64,000 nucleotides of DNA from Eutreptiella sp. 'Long Island Sound 2002' (GCA_964036045.1 OZ038378.1:190464001-190528000); one strand, 5' to 3'; counted from the first letter of the stretch, positions 28,300 through 42,049 are shown. Notes: a model not told the origin generated them from the letters alone. Numbers and translations: made by a program.

Positions 28300-30100
28300 A
28301 GTGGGGCAAAAGAGCCGGGTGGATTGGGAGTTACGGGTGTTGTGATGAGATGGGGTGGGAATGTCCCCGCTTCCTTCCCATTGATATTAGGTAAACAGCG
28401 AAACTTTTGGCAGTGTTAACAGTCATACGCAAAACGTGTACTGACACCAGTAGCAGTAGCAACAGACTCTTTGTATGTTTCTGGCGGTGTACAATAACCT
28501 GGTGGGCAAACTTTTGGGTTGCTTCAAAGGAGCTGGTTTGTAATGTAGACCTATGGGTGGACATGCTCGAGGCGTTAGGCAGTGCGCAATCAAAATTGAT
28601 TTCGATGCCAAGCTGGATTTTGAGACTCCAACAGGCCCACAAAGGCAGCAAGATGAATTTGATTTGGAGGTTCTGTCCTCTCCAGAGTATTGAGATAAAA
28701 TGTTTCTGGACCCACAAATGTCTGAGGACGCACAATCACCGATATGTATGCTGGTTGACGACGATTTGCTAGTGTCAGCAGATGAGGCTGTATCTATGGG
28801 TAGTAACAACAGCTCTCAGATGCAAAACCTGCTTGCCATCTTTGTTGTAGCATGTGCAGGGTCCATGGACGTTCAGTCCAGCTGAGTGACTACCAGCACA
28901 AGCAGCGACTGCGCCTATAGAGACTGCAGGGCGTGGGTACCGTAGAACCGGTGAAATTGCGTGAGGGTAGTTTATTCTGGAATTTGTTTGCCTTGTAAAG
29001 GTGCCGTTCGCAAAAAATAAAAAAACGAAAAAAATTAATTAATTATCTTGCGGTGCCTCACAAAATAGGCAAATTCCTCGCAAATTTAGAAAAACAATTA
29101 ATTATTGGTCTTGTGCTTCCCCATGCAGGTTTTCATTGGCTGTTTCCACTTGACAGATGTTCACTTTGCAATCATATTTTTCTTCTTTGCCCCCGGAAGA
29201 TGCCATTGCGCAGCGTTCAGCACGTTTTGAATGGGCAGATGTTGAACAGTTCTGCCGCAATATTGTGATGGGAATGGTTGGCAGATTGGATTGCTGTGTG
29301 TACTCGTCTTGTTTGTCATTGTGACAGGCTTTGTTTGAGCATGAAAAACAACTTCTCCAGGAAGGTGACTTTATTTGGGCAGTTGCCAGAATTGCCCCTA
29401 TAGGGGTTTGAACTAAGGACTCCAGTTTGATTGTCCCATGCTATAATCACTAAGTCACTGAGCTTCGTTCCCGTACCTTGTTCAAGGACTGCGTACAAGC
29501 CGGATGGTGACTTTTTTTTTGAAAATCGGGGAATGTGGGTTTCCGTGTGACTCTAACTGCGCAACAACCAAAAGAAAGGTATGTTTGGGGATGGGGGCAG
29601 AAATCTAGGTCAGTGGGAAGCAGAAAAGCAAACATGGTAGTGGCCTCAAGAACACTTCGCAAAATTGTCAGTGTAACAAAAATAATCGCAAAATTTTTGA
29701 TAAATATTTGCCCGGCTCAGTGTACTTCTGGTCGCAAAACACTAATTCCGAACAAAAAATGCCAAAAAAAACTTTTTGGGTATTCTGCCTTTTCACGCAA
29801 AAATTTTTGACAAAATATTGATTCTTTTTTCACGCGCAAAAATTCACTGTTTGGTTGGTAGTGGTTTGTGTGTACATGCATGAGTTGCAGAAAGTAGGAA
29901 TGTGATAGGAGGCCACTGTGGAAGAACACAGTGCTGAGGAGATCTGAACCTGTGTAACTTCGACTGCGTACCCACAGTCCCTACATACAACATTTTGGCC
30001 ATGGTACAGTCCCGCTCTATGCTTTGAATTTGTTGTTGCAGCCTATGCCAATTTGATTTCAAAAATTCAAACCAATCCATACATCCAGTTGCCACCACCT
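28300..30100 (-). pseudogene. Possible decayed Mutator-like transposase
   Basis: CRDCG...FCNSC zinc motif (~29980-29875), MYAVLEQGTG (~29498) and IHIGDCASS (DGDS-like, ~28740) in the expected order; heavily degenerate. Confidence 0.25.
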
Positions 30101-30649
30101 TCATTTCTGATCGCAGTCATCATCTTTAGATTCATTAGTCAGCACATCCTTGGTCTTTGACTGCTTGTAGCCCTTTTTCAATACCCCCCTGCCCCCACCC
30201 TCCCTGGTGGCGGCACGGTATGCAGGTATGGGCCCTCAATGAGAAGGATGTCATTGATGATGAAACCAACATGTGTATGGTGATTGAGAGTCTTGGGCAG
30301 TGGCATAGAGAACAGGAGGTTTGGCTGCAGTTTGAGATGGTGGGTGAGTCATGTTTTCCGGTTAGGATTGTTGACAAATGTGGGGTGCCGGTACTCATGA
30401 AAGTGCAAGAGCTGTACTCACTAGTTTTGCACATCATCTGGAAGGGTTGAGATTGCAATGATTCACTTGGAGGCTATGGAAGGGCGCACTTTTGGTTGGG
30501 AGGCTAGATTGATGGGGCCATGAGTGAGTGGTAGGAGGACAGTACTTATTTCGGCGGGAGTAAAGGGGGGAGAGTACAGGCTATAGTTTGCAGGTGCGCT
30601 GGATCTATTGCATCATTTTGCCATTTTAGGGGATCCTCCAGTAGCAGTG

Positions 30650-31750
30650 CCTGCGGTGCCTGTGGTGCCATTGTGGTGTGCCCTTGAAATGAGTCACGTT
30701 GCCCAAGCCAAACACTGGGGGGGGGGCTGGAGGACACTGGTGCACAATGTGAAAATTAACTGCACATCCATTCCAGTGTGGCGGGACCGCCGTGGCTGAA
30801 CAAGTGCCCAATCAGGGCCGTGCATATGACTTTTGTAGTACACACGACAGTTCCAGGTTGTCTGACAACATAGGCGTTGTTTTTCGATCGCACAGAAATG
30901 GGGATGCTGCACCACATGGAAAACAAGTCCCCCGAATGGAATGCTATGATGGGTCAGTGAGCAAGCATGCATCAGCGACAGCCAAAACTGAATAGAAACT
31001 CATTGCCCCCTCCTCACACCTCTTGCACAACGAGCGGTAACGTTTCACCTTTTTCTCTCCTTGTAGACAGCGATGGTGTTAACAAATCAACGTGCAAACC
31101 CGCTGGGTACATCCCAAATGGATATTGAATAGTGGATTTTCCCTCGTAGTCCAGGCTTTTGTGTTTTGGAGGTATAAGAGAATTATTTCTAGCTTGTTGG
31201 CATTGCGCCCCATGGCGCGCCCATGGTACGCAAGAGTGCCTCCCATTATTCTGTTTCAATGGTCATAGAGAGGGGCGATGCCGCCCAGTGCTTGTACATT
31301 TTGTTGTGTGGACTGAGAGAACGGACGTATGCATGATGGTTGGGTGTAGATAGGCCCACCGGGTGCCTGTGGTGCTAAATCTGGCCCACCCAGTGATCTT
31401 GGTTGCAAGGGAGGGAGCAAGAGACCTAATCCAACCCAACACCTCATCCAACTGTGGTTTGCATGCGTCACATCTCTGACTAGATGCCACCGTAGCTGCA
31501 TAAGAATGTGCCTAATAATCAGCATGTTCCAACGTTTTCCATCAGAAGAGGACCTTGCACGGGAATTACTGGTGCGCATCCTCCAAGCCACGCCCCCACC
31601 AAACATGCAATTTCCCGAGGGCGCAGATGAAAGAACCGTCAATTCCTGTGGTGCTTCCCATGCTATTGCAGTGGTGTTATTACACTGCTTATGTGGGTAT
31701 GTGGATCGGTGGGAGTTTGGGGCCACTTCTAGCACCCAAGGTACCAACAC
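30650..31750 (-). pseudogene. Possible decayed DIRS/Ngaro-like element (RNase H and tyrosine recombinase remnants)
   Basis: CNNTTAIAW (DNxtavay-like) followed downstream by SVRSKNN, GHLFSHGGPAT (HSfRxGgAt-like) and LGQRDSF. Confidence 0.25.
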
Positions 31751-32152
31751 CCATGCTTCTCAGGGCAGGTGTGCTTCAAGGCACCATCGCAGTGCAACCC
31801 CTGGGTACAAAACTGGGTGAGTGGAATCAAATTCCTCGTTTGTCATCAACTGCTGTCGGTATAACGTGCCACCTCCTCTCACATCGCAGGCGTCAGTGTG
31901 GAGCTGAGGTCATATGGATATGTCGGACTGTGAGGCTGTGGGGCTATGGGAATGTGGGGCTGTGGGGGTGAGGGATGTGGCTGTGGGGGTGGCCTACTGT
32001 TTGTGAGTGTGGCAATTGGGGTTTGGGATGGTGCGGTCGTGGCATTGTGTGCACTGGATCCCGCTGTACGTCTCTTGGCCGAAAACCCATTCACCCCGTT
32101 GCCGCAAAAATACGTCGCGGAGATCGCACTGCCTCGTCTGTGCAGAGAATTC

Positions 32153-32531
32153 ATGTCTGTGGACTACTCAAAAATGGAAGGCGGTGGGTGTCAGCGCGAA
32201 ACTGAATCGCCGTTTCCCGGCATCATGACTCAGACCAAAGCCACACGATCCCTTGCGACCTACGGAACTGCGTTGGTCTCCCTCATGGGGGTGGTGTTCC
32301 TGATTGACGTCTTCCCTTTGCATCGCTATCAAGCCACACACATGAGCCTCGTCTCTTCTGCACGCTCGTCGGTGCAAGTGAAAGATGCGCCGATCGCTAC
32401 GACGCCCCGAACGCAGCCGCATGCTGACGACAACCAGCACCCATCGTCGTCGTCGCAGTTGAGCCTTCTCTTCCTGTCTGTCCTGGCCGTCGGATCGCTT
32501 TGGCTCCAACTCCTGCAGAAGAACTCCACAG
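32153..32531 (+). CDS. PP2C phosphatase exon 1: bipartite euglenid-type plastid targeting presequence (TM1, S/T-rich spacer, TM2)
   Basis: ATG just after a TGCAG acceptor; hydrophobic ALVSLMGVVFLIDVF, a ~55 aa hydrophilic S/T-rich linker, hydrophobic LSLLFLSVLAVGSLWLQLL; phase-1 donor AG|GTCCCC compatible with the exon at 42924. Confidence 0.7.
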
Positions 32532-33289
32532 GTCCCCTTGAACCTCACCCTGACCCACATGCTCACCCTCAGCCTCACCTACCGGGTTTGTGGGTGTGAG
32601 TGGTTGTGTTTCCGGTTTGTGGGTGTGAGTGGTTGTGTTTCCCACTGCACACATGGGCCGCTTTTTGCCTCCGTGGTGTCTGCTCCCCTGCCAGTGACAG
32701 GCTTCATATCCATTCATTCCAGACCGTGAAGTTTGGAGGGTGCTTTCCACCATGTGGGAAGTGGTATCACAAGGCGAGAGGGTTCTGGAAATGTTGCAAA
32801 TCAGTCGTGCACTGCAGATCTAGGCATTCTGCCTGTGGTGTCGCTTGACCAAGATTGCATTGGCATGCGTGGTGGTTTGTGGTGACTGTGCCGTCCCTCC
32901 ACCTCCTTGCTGCTCTGCTGGCCTTGTCCCGACGGGGGCAATGCGATCACATCAAAAAATGCATAAGTTGTATCTTGTCACACCATCTCGCATTATCCCC
33001 TGCAAGTGTTTTGTATGCTGAGCACAAATGTGCAGCGCCGTTGAAACTAAGGGTGTGTGCAAGGCTGCAAAGACGATGCGGCCCTGACCATTCTCCCATT
33101 TCTCACACACACATGCACACACACACACACACAGGCTCTGGCCTAGGTGAGGGTGGCGTACACGGAGGGCGCCAGTGCAGACACCATGAGTGTCATGCTC
33201 TGAAGCACAGGGGCCCGCCTCTCTGACCCACTCGCAGACCCATACAGGCCTTCCTCTATAATATGGCGCCACCCCCCGCCCCCCCCCCA

Positions 33290-35910
33290 CACATGCCAGT
33301 ACAGCAGGAATTTTGGCAGATGGGAGTCGGAGTTCGCACAATGCTGCGAAGGGGCACCGACCCACTGCTCCAGCGCCGCATCGGCATCGGGGAAGCCAAA
33401 AAGGCGTTGAGGAAAACCCGGACCATCCCAGGGGGCTTCGATCGCAAAGCCACGGTGGCAGCAGTCATGATAGTAGCGGCGGCGCTGTTTGGGGTGGAGC
33501 TGGCGGACATATCCCGGAGGGACGCGAGCATCCTGGAGTCGGCCATCATGGGAGCCATCTGGGGACCGAGCAGGCCCTGCAGGGCGAAAGAAATTGTGTC
33601 ACTCTACTATTGCCGGGGCACAGAGTCGCACCGTCGCTGGTGATACCCTACAGGAGGATGTGCTGGCTGGCCCACCTGGCACGCAATCTGGGAACGGCGC
33701 AGACGGTGGCCCAGGCCATATGGGAGGGCACGCAGTCCCCGAAGCCAACAGGCCCGCTCGGCCGAGCACTGTAGGAGTTCAGACGGCTAGGATGGCGCAG
33801 CATGCGGGGGTGGTGGCAGTGGTCGCTGCCACACAGCGCAACGGTGGTGCACCTGGTGCACGCGCCCAAAGAATATGTGGAGCACCTCTTTCGCGAGGCC
33901 CTACGAGAGAACCAACTAACGGCGTTGGAGAAACGGCGGCCGCGCACTTTCGGGGGCATGGGAGCCCGACTGGATAGAACGCTGACACTGAGCGACATCG
34001 CCGCCTGCGACACCGAGTTGGACAAGTCCCTGCTCAGAGGAGTGATGGTAGGGGCTATCTGGACGGCCAATAGAGCCCATCGACGAGGGCTGTGCCCAGA
34101 CGGCGACTGCCCGTACTGCCCCCGAGGAGTGCGGGAGGATGAGGATCACCTACTGTGGAGGTGCGCCGCGTGGAAAACAGCGCAGGACCCCCTCCTACCG
34201 GAAATCATGCTTTTGGCACGGGCCCTCAAACCGGGGCCGCTATCCGAATGGCCACCGTGTCTGCGACTGTGTGGGCTGTTGCCGGAGTCCGTGGTCGCCC
34301 GCAGTGGACTGGAGGAAGGCCCAGGGTGGAAGAAGAGGTGCATGGAGCTGAACATAATATCACGGCACCAGATACCGGACTCGGAGGATGAGGACTTGGA
34401 GTCGGGGCGACAGAGGGATGAGCTCACCGTGGCGGGACAGTAGTGGGCGGAGGAAGGCAACAACCTGCTGGAGCAGTTGGTCCACAAGCTCCACGGCATG
34501 TTGAGAACGGTGCTGCGGGCCCGAATGCAGCGGGAGGAAGAAAAGAACCTCCTCTTTCCGATGCAGACACGCAAGGTGCCGTGGGAGGAGTATCCCTGGT
34601 ACCAGCTGCAGCCCCCCAGAGCTAGGGCTCAGAGAACCTCCCTCCTGGCTATGGGGGCGTTGTCCAGAGAAGGAAGTGGGGTACCGATTTTCTACCGGCT
34701 ATGGTCGCGTGGCTGCAAGACCTAGAATGGCTCCCCACGGATGACACCCTGCCGCAGGGACACGCGCATGTCTCATTTATGGAGCTGGCCTTGGATTTCG
34801 AGACGCACGCGGGCAGGCACGGAGCTGTCACTGTTACGGGCACGGAGCTGTCACTGTAGGAAAAGGGCAGAGTAATGCGCCCGGCGGTAACCCTAATGGG
34901 CAAGGCGGCAGGGAAGGAGTCCATCCTGCCAGCCCGGATCACCAACCACTGCCGCTCTTTGGTGCCGCTGGGGCCAGGCCCAGTGGTAGGAGTGAAGAAA
35001 CGAGCCCTTTTCACGAGGCCTATGGCCGTATGGCATCATCTGAAGCGCCTGCAGAAATACAATGCCATGAGGTGGGCGCAGCAGCGGCAGTCACGAGTGG
35101 CAAAGTAGCGCCAGAAACGGAGACACGCCCAGGGACATTCCGCCAACGGGCAGAAGGACAGCACGCGGCCGCGGGAACGATGCCCCGGCAAAGGAGGGGC
35201 AAAGAAAGCAGCCAAGGCGTACGCCAGCGACTTCTACGCACGACCGGTTCTACCGGAAGGGGCACACAGAGGCGTACAGTGCAGAGTGGAAGAGCCCAGC
35301 GGAGAAGCGGCGACGCCAGCGCCAGGGGGAGGGGCCGTGCTTTTCACACCAGCACAGCGGTGCGCCGTGGCTAGGCGCCCGGAGACTCGACCGCGACTCC
35401 CGCGGCTGTGGCTTTGCGCTGCACACAATCACAGACAATGCGCCACATGCGCGGCGGTGGGCAGGGGGGTGCGGCATTGCTGCGCCAGGTGACATACGGG
35501 GCACCCCCCCTCCCGATACCGCCCGGGGCTCCGGGCAGAGCGAGGGCGGCGGCGCACCCCGGGAGGGGGGGGGGGGTCAGCTAAGTGGCCCAAGCGGGGC
35601 CAGCACGCGTCGGTGAGAGGAGGCCAGGCCTTCAAGAGAGGACGGGGCCACCCCGACCCCCCCCCCCCCCCCGCGCGAAGCGGGCGCGAGTGGCGTAGCA
35701 TGACGCGGCTAGGCATGGACGCGCCGGGACGGAGGTCACATAAGCCCACCCCACCAGAGGTTCTGACCTAGGCAAGGCCCCCAGTTGCGACCCCGGCGGG
35801 CGCCGGACAGGGTGGCACACACACTGTACGCTGCATTGTTTTTGGTGGCGCCCGAGGCGACCACGGGGGCGCTGGACCCATACGGGTCTCCCTCTTTAAT
35901 ATTGTTCTTC
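33290..35910 (+). mobile_element. 5'-truncated, frameshifted LINE relic A (post-RT region, CPYC..EDEDHLLWRC finger, C-terminal domain, long 3' region)
   Basis: ORF pieces 33263-33643, 33313-33774, 33802-34443 and 34875-35108 are colinear homologues of relic B (AIWG.SR..RAKEI, APSL..PY, WPPCL...GLLP, SF..LALDFE). Confidence 0.85.
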
Positions 35911-35946
35911 CTCCACACACACACACACACCCACACACACACACAC

Positions 35947-38900
35947 GTGGACAACTCGTGCGTGGCGGACCTGCTGTGCCTGCACAGCGCACTGTTCGAC
36001 ATGCTGGCTCAACTACTGACGCACATTGAGTCCACATGACTGTGGCCCCGCGTGCTTGCCCGGCTTCGTCTCTTTAATTCCAAAAGGGGAGGGTATGCTC
36101 CCTATGCCACAACGTCCACTCTCGGTGCTTTCACAGCCATACAGAGTGTGGGCTGGAGTCAGGCCGGAGGAATGCATGATCTGGCAGGAGAAACGGGTGC
36201 AACCCCAGACCTATGGATTTCGGAAAAAGAGAGGGGCCACCGATGCAACGGCCCTCATTGCACTGCTTATCGAGCTACACACCGTCATGCGTGCCACGCT
36301 CAAGGGTTTTGGGTTGGATTACGTAAAGTGTTTCGACTTACCCCCCCCCCCCCTTTGTATAAGCTACGCCCTTGTCCAAGATACAGTAGGCGTAGGGACC
36401 GTAATAATTGTGTACGTAATTTTAATCACGTATGAAATGTAGTGCAGCCACATAAGACATGCGTTTGTCGTCACATTTGCCAATTACATGGAGCCATGGA
36501 CACATGCAACATGCCACATGCAAGGCAAATTCATTCCCAAGAATTTGAAGTTGCCCAAGCCCAAACCAGCCCCTAAGCCTCAGCCAAAGGCATCTTCAAG
36601 TGGTGAGCATGCGCAATTGTTCCACATGGTGTATGATCGCAAGAAGGGTTTCCAAGCCGAACATTCTTAGGCTTCGCACTCTTCATTGCTTGTGCCAACA
36701 TGGTTGTGTACCTGAAATTTTCATGTTCCCAAGGCTGTCTTGTGTTTGCATACACTTGGAAATGTGGGCAGAGGTCAAGGTGCACTCATACCATGCGCGC
36801 GCGCACGTTTGTGTCGGTAGTTGTATGTGTTGTGCGCAAGCTACGCCCTTGTCCAAGCTACAGTGGGCGTAGGGACCGTAATAATTCCGTACATTGGCGT
36901 AGCTTATACAAGGGGGGGGGGATACCCCAGCAAGTAGTGCTCCGTGTCGCCCTCGAGCAGGGCATGCACCCAGGCACACACAGAGCATTGTCTGGAATGT
37001 ACACACCGCTAACCCACTGCTTTAAAATAATGGGATGTCTCTACTCCGTTTTCGCCACAACAAATGGCATCCTACAAGGGTGTCCGCTAAGTGTCATCTT
37101 GATTCATCTCATGACAAGCATTTGGAAGAAAATCCTAGATGCACAGTCACAAGCCATACGCATATCCTCCACACGGCTACCGCCAGGGGGGAAACCCGGG
37201 GAAGTGTTAGACTTCATTCTAATAGCACTCGGCTATGCCGATGCCACATACGGCGTGGCAGCGGAACCACACACGGCTAAGCCCCTGTTGGAGTGCACAC
37301 ACGAATGGCTTCAGACCACAGGGCAGGATGTCAGCCCAAGGAAATCAGTCAGTTTTATCATCCCCGACAATGATCAGGAGATCCAGATGCGAGGCGTGCC
37401 TTTTCCCAAAGAAACCGAGTTTTGCTCATTAGGGGCAGGCATGCGCACCACAGACAGCGCAACCTCCGTCCCCCTCATCCTAAAACACATAGGCAAAGCA
37501 TCCGCTCTGCTGGATCGGATACACGGCGTGCAGGGAGATTTTTGACGACAGGTGTAAGGTGGTCGCCACTATGGTCAATGCCACAGGACTCCATGCATCT
37601 GAAATTGTGGCCATCAGCCAAAAAGACATCAGGCCTTTCGAAACACGGATCCTCAAAGCCATTTGGGGAACCTCCAGATCAGGTAGAGCGAAGGAAATAA
37701 TTTTTTGCCTCATGTGTCAGGGACACAAAACTGCCCCCTCCCTGCTTGTTCCTTACAGCCGCGCCGTCTGGCTGGCAAGGCTTTGCAAAACACGTGGCCT
37801 AGCCATGATCACAACACAAGCCGTGTGGGAAGAGAGCCCCCTCACACGCAAGTCGGGACCTTTTGGTCGGGCGCTGAAAAGTGTGCATAACTGGGGATGG
37901 CGACCGCTCTCGGGTTGGTGGGAATGGCAAGTGCCAAGCAATACCGACGCCCTCCAACTGACAGGTGATTTTAAGCTGATCAAGCACAACATCAGGGAAC
38001 AGCTACGGTCACAGCAGATCACACAACTCATAGCCAGGCGGCCCCGTCAGTTTGTAGGCATGCACTATCACACAAACCGGCGGCTGATCTGTGCCAGCAT
38101 CGCCTCTTTCCAGTCAGAACAGGAACGCTCGTTGTTGCGCACATTACCGGCGGGGGGACTGTGGACAACGGTCAGGGCACACCAGCGGGGCATGATCACC
38201 TCCCAGTGCTGCCTGTATTGTCAACAGGCAAATGAAACTGAACTGCACATTCTCTGGGAATGCATAGAATGGGCGGCAGCCAGGGACCTACACATCGCCA
38301 ACGTCCGCGCCTTGGCGGCGAACGTCCCAGATCGACCCCGGTTTGACAGATGGCCCCCGTGCCTGAAAATCAGCGGGCTCCTACCTGAAATAGAGCCACT
38401 AGTGAACAGGCAGGTGGAGCAGCGTGACCTCTCTTTCATACAGGCCCTCCATGCCATGTTTGTAGCCATACTTGCTTGCGCACAAGCTGCGGGACCAACA
38501 GGCACCCAAACTCTTCCCCACAGTGCGCCCGCAGGCGCGCAGCGCATATCCCTACCATCAACTGGCGCACCTACTAGCCTGGCTGCAAGCGCTACAGTGG
38601 ATAGATGACACAGACACAATGTCCTTCCCCGCGCTGGCGCTCGATTTTGAAGAGTACGCGGCACGCACCCTACCGGCGGCACCCCAGGCTAACTTTCAGG
38701 GACACACACTACCACTGCAAGAGAGGGCTAGGGTCCTGCGCCTGGCGCTATGCACACTTAAGAGATTGGTCAAATCGGGCTCACTCCACCCAGCCAAAGT
38801 CATAACACGTGCCATGTCATTAGTGCCGCTGGGCGGGCCGCCCGTGGCGGGCCTCAATCGCCGTCCATATTTTGCATGCCGTGACACCATGCACAAGCAC

Positions 38901-40085
38901 ATCTAGGATCTGGCTTCCTATCGCGAGTCCACATGGACGCTGCACATGCACACGCGCACAAATGCACACAGACCGTACGAGTATCGTCGCAGAAAAATGG
39001 AGCAAGAAGTCGAGGAGGCGCGCCTGCAGCGTGCACTTACGGGCAGCTTGAACACCGGGCTTATGCCCTCATCTTCCCTCTGCGCTAAGGGGGGGGCGGG
39101 CACGACAAATTTTGTGGGGGATTTTTACCCCGTTATGGGGGGGGCAAAGCCGCCCAAGCCCCGTACACAGTCACGCGCAGGCGTGCATCGCAACCGACAG
39201 CCCCGGCCACGTGTATCGCGGTCCCCTCTCCCATGACGTCAGCACATGCATGCCCCGCCCACAAACTACCGGCATGCGTAACATGTAAACGGCTCCGCCT
39301 ATCGGCGGCGGTGTGCTGTGCCAAAGGCCACCACGCTCCAGGGTATGTAGACCACAGACCACTGTCCAAGGTCTGCCGCCGTGCCCGCGCTGCACCCTGA
39401 TGACCACCAACGAGGACATCACAAGGTTAATACCCCGCACAAAAGTCTGGGCAAAAGGACAGCGCCAGCCCCGGCAGGCGCCAACAAACGACCCCGGCTG
39501 CAGTCTGCACCCCCAGCGCATTCGCGGATGCATCCTCGCTCACCTCAATTACCACCAACACCGCTAGCTCCCAAGCGACGGAGACCCAAATCCCCGATCC
39601 CCCCCTGCCCTCAAGCCCCGTGGCCGCGGGGGATGCAGGTGGATGATGACGACACGGCAGTGGTGAGGACCCTGTTTTTCAAGGGCCACGGGCGCGCATC
39701 GTCGGAAGTTACTTGAGCCCGCTACACCACAGAGGTTCTAACTCCGTGAACGGAAACACGGGCACATGCACAGCCCCGCCCAGGTGCCGGGCGAAATATG
39801 CCGATTGCACTACCGCCACATATGGGTCTCCGGGGGTCCAGCAGGGCCGGGAGCAGCAGTGCTGCCACGCGAGGGCACGCAGGAGCCACAGCGCGGCCAC
39901 GGGAGGGCCTCGGAGGAGGGCACATAACCCGAGGCGGACGTCCTTCCGCCGCGCCGCGACACACCGGGGGACCGGGGGTGGGATAGGGCAAGCTTCAGGC
40001 AGGCTCTAACCCGCTAACCCCTAACCCTCCCGTCGCAAGAGCGGCCAGGACATTAAAAGCCATCAACCCTCGTTAATAGTACATC
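35947..40085 (+). mobile_element. 5'-truncated LINE relic B with RT domains, interrupted by a MITE and a premature stop
   Basis: FVSLIPKG, QRPLSV, YGFR, LDYVKCFDL|IPQ, NGILQGCPLS, GYADA (degenerate YADD), CLYC..ETELHILWEC; TGA at 37543-37545; starts directly after a (CA)n tract. Confidence 0.9.
36341..36921. mobile_element. 581-bp MITE inserted in the RT of relic B
   Basis: TIR CnTTGTATAAGCTACGCC ... GGCGTAGCTTATACAAGn; internal ~49-bp direct repeat (36361-36409 / 36838-36886); removal restores RT motif FDL|IPQ. Confidence 0.85.
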
Positions 40086-40620
40086 GTGCACACATACACA
40101 CACACACACACATGCACACACACACACACACACATCCCCGGCTCACTCAACCAGGCTAAGCGTAGGTCTCGCAACCGTAAGGTGGTGGGATCGATCCCTG
40201 GTTAGGACATGTCTGGAGGCGGGTGGTGGTAGCCATGCGTCAAGGGCATCCTTTCTGGAGAAATCGCCAAATTGAGTAGGCCGTGGAGGCCGCCTCGCTG
40301 CCGCGAGCACCACCAGCTGTGAAAACCCCAATATACACACAACACACGGGGCGACATGGCGATGACGGGCTCGTTAAATTATTACCGTGGAGCTGGCCCG
40401 GTGGAAGCCACGGAGCTACCACCCCACTTCCAGGGTGGTCATGGGGCAGCGAGCCAGGTTCTGGCCTACGTGCATATCGCACTGGTCGAGGGGCAATACA
40501 GGGATGCACCCCTGGCCTGCACCGAAGGCCTGCTATAATGGGGAGCGACCCGACCCGAGGATGCCAATGTGGCCATACAGGTCCAACCGGGAAGACCTGG
40601 TAAAAACAGTACTACCCACC

Positions 40621-40663
<43 letters not shown>

Positions 40664-42049
40664 AAACCCTTGATACTACGTTGAGGGGGTCAACTTCGGT
40701 GAGCAGCCCGGTTTCATCATCGCATTCACGTGTTGCTAGTGCCCAGCCCGGTGTCCTCCACGTGTTTGCATGTGGCCCAGCATCCTCTGCGTACTCAGAG
40801 ATAGCGTGTTCACTAACACAGAGCCCGGCATGACTGTGGTACACCACATCGGAATGGCTCGCGGTGGTAGAGCATGCAGTTACCAACCCTGCGGAATGGG
40901 AATCCCCAACAGCCTCGGAGGGTGCATCATAGGGTGGAGGCACAAAAGGGTCAGACGGTTATTTGACTAACCAGCGGCATAGTGCAGTTTGTCAGTTGCG
41001 GTGTTTCCACGATGACCCTGGTTCTGCGCAGTTGGCTGCGGGGGCAGGAGAGACGCTGCCGAGGCCTGCTTGCTTGCTTTGCAATTTCTGATAATCCTCC
41101 CATATCCGGAAGCTGTGAAGCAGTTAGTGGAGGGTCTGCCACCGAGGCCCGTTGAACATTGAACTGATGGTTCGCTGATGGCTTGTAGGATGCTTAGGGA
41201 ATGTTGAACCTCGCAGTTTGGGCATCACACACACACACACACACACTCTCTCTCTCTCTCTCTCTCTCTGAACACATGGTTGCAGTAAGGTAGGATTGCA
41301 TAGGAGTTGTACCTCCCAGTTTGAGCATGATTGGAAGTGATACCTTGATACACCCACCCACCCACCCACCAACCCACCAACCCACCCACCCACCCACCTA
41401 CACACACACACACACACACACACTAACACATACCAATTTGTCCAACAGTGGTATTCCTGATTTTCGTGACCCTATTTCCAAGCTGTGAATCAGTGTGGTG
41501 GAGAACAAGGTCAGCTGCGTATCAGTATGCTAGTCGCCGGCCTGCCATTGAGGCCCTTCAAACTCAGAACTTTTGGTTTCGCTGATGATTTGTAGGATCC
41601 TAGGATGTTGAAACTCGCAGAACCTGGAGCATGATTTGAATTACTTGGGGGTCACACACTCACACACACTCTATTGCAAAACACACACACGCATTTGTAC
41701 ACGCATACCAGAAGTTTCTCTGCAAACGGGGGCAAATGGAAGCTGCCCCCCTCACGGTAGCCCAAAGGCTGCAGAAGATGGGGGTGCATACCGCCAGTGT
41801 CTCAACCGCTTCCGGATTCCTCGACCCCTCGCACACATGTGAGGCCTGTACATGCCTGAATGAATACAAGTTGTAGGTCATTTGCAGCCTCAACAGGATG
41901 GAGCGGCGAGGGTCAACATGAGGAGGCGGAACCTGAGACTGGGTGTGCATGAGTGTGTGAGTGTGAATGGTGAGGGGGGGGGGGGGGCAGTAGAAGTGAG
42001 GGTGAGGGTGACAGTGAGGTGGGGTCAACAGTGTAGCGGCCTTTGGCTG

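Noticed and set aside
40240-40620. Possible third RT fragment between CA tracts (YRTGRGAIQGC)
   Set aside because: One weak QG-like motif only.
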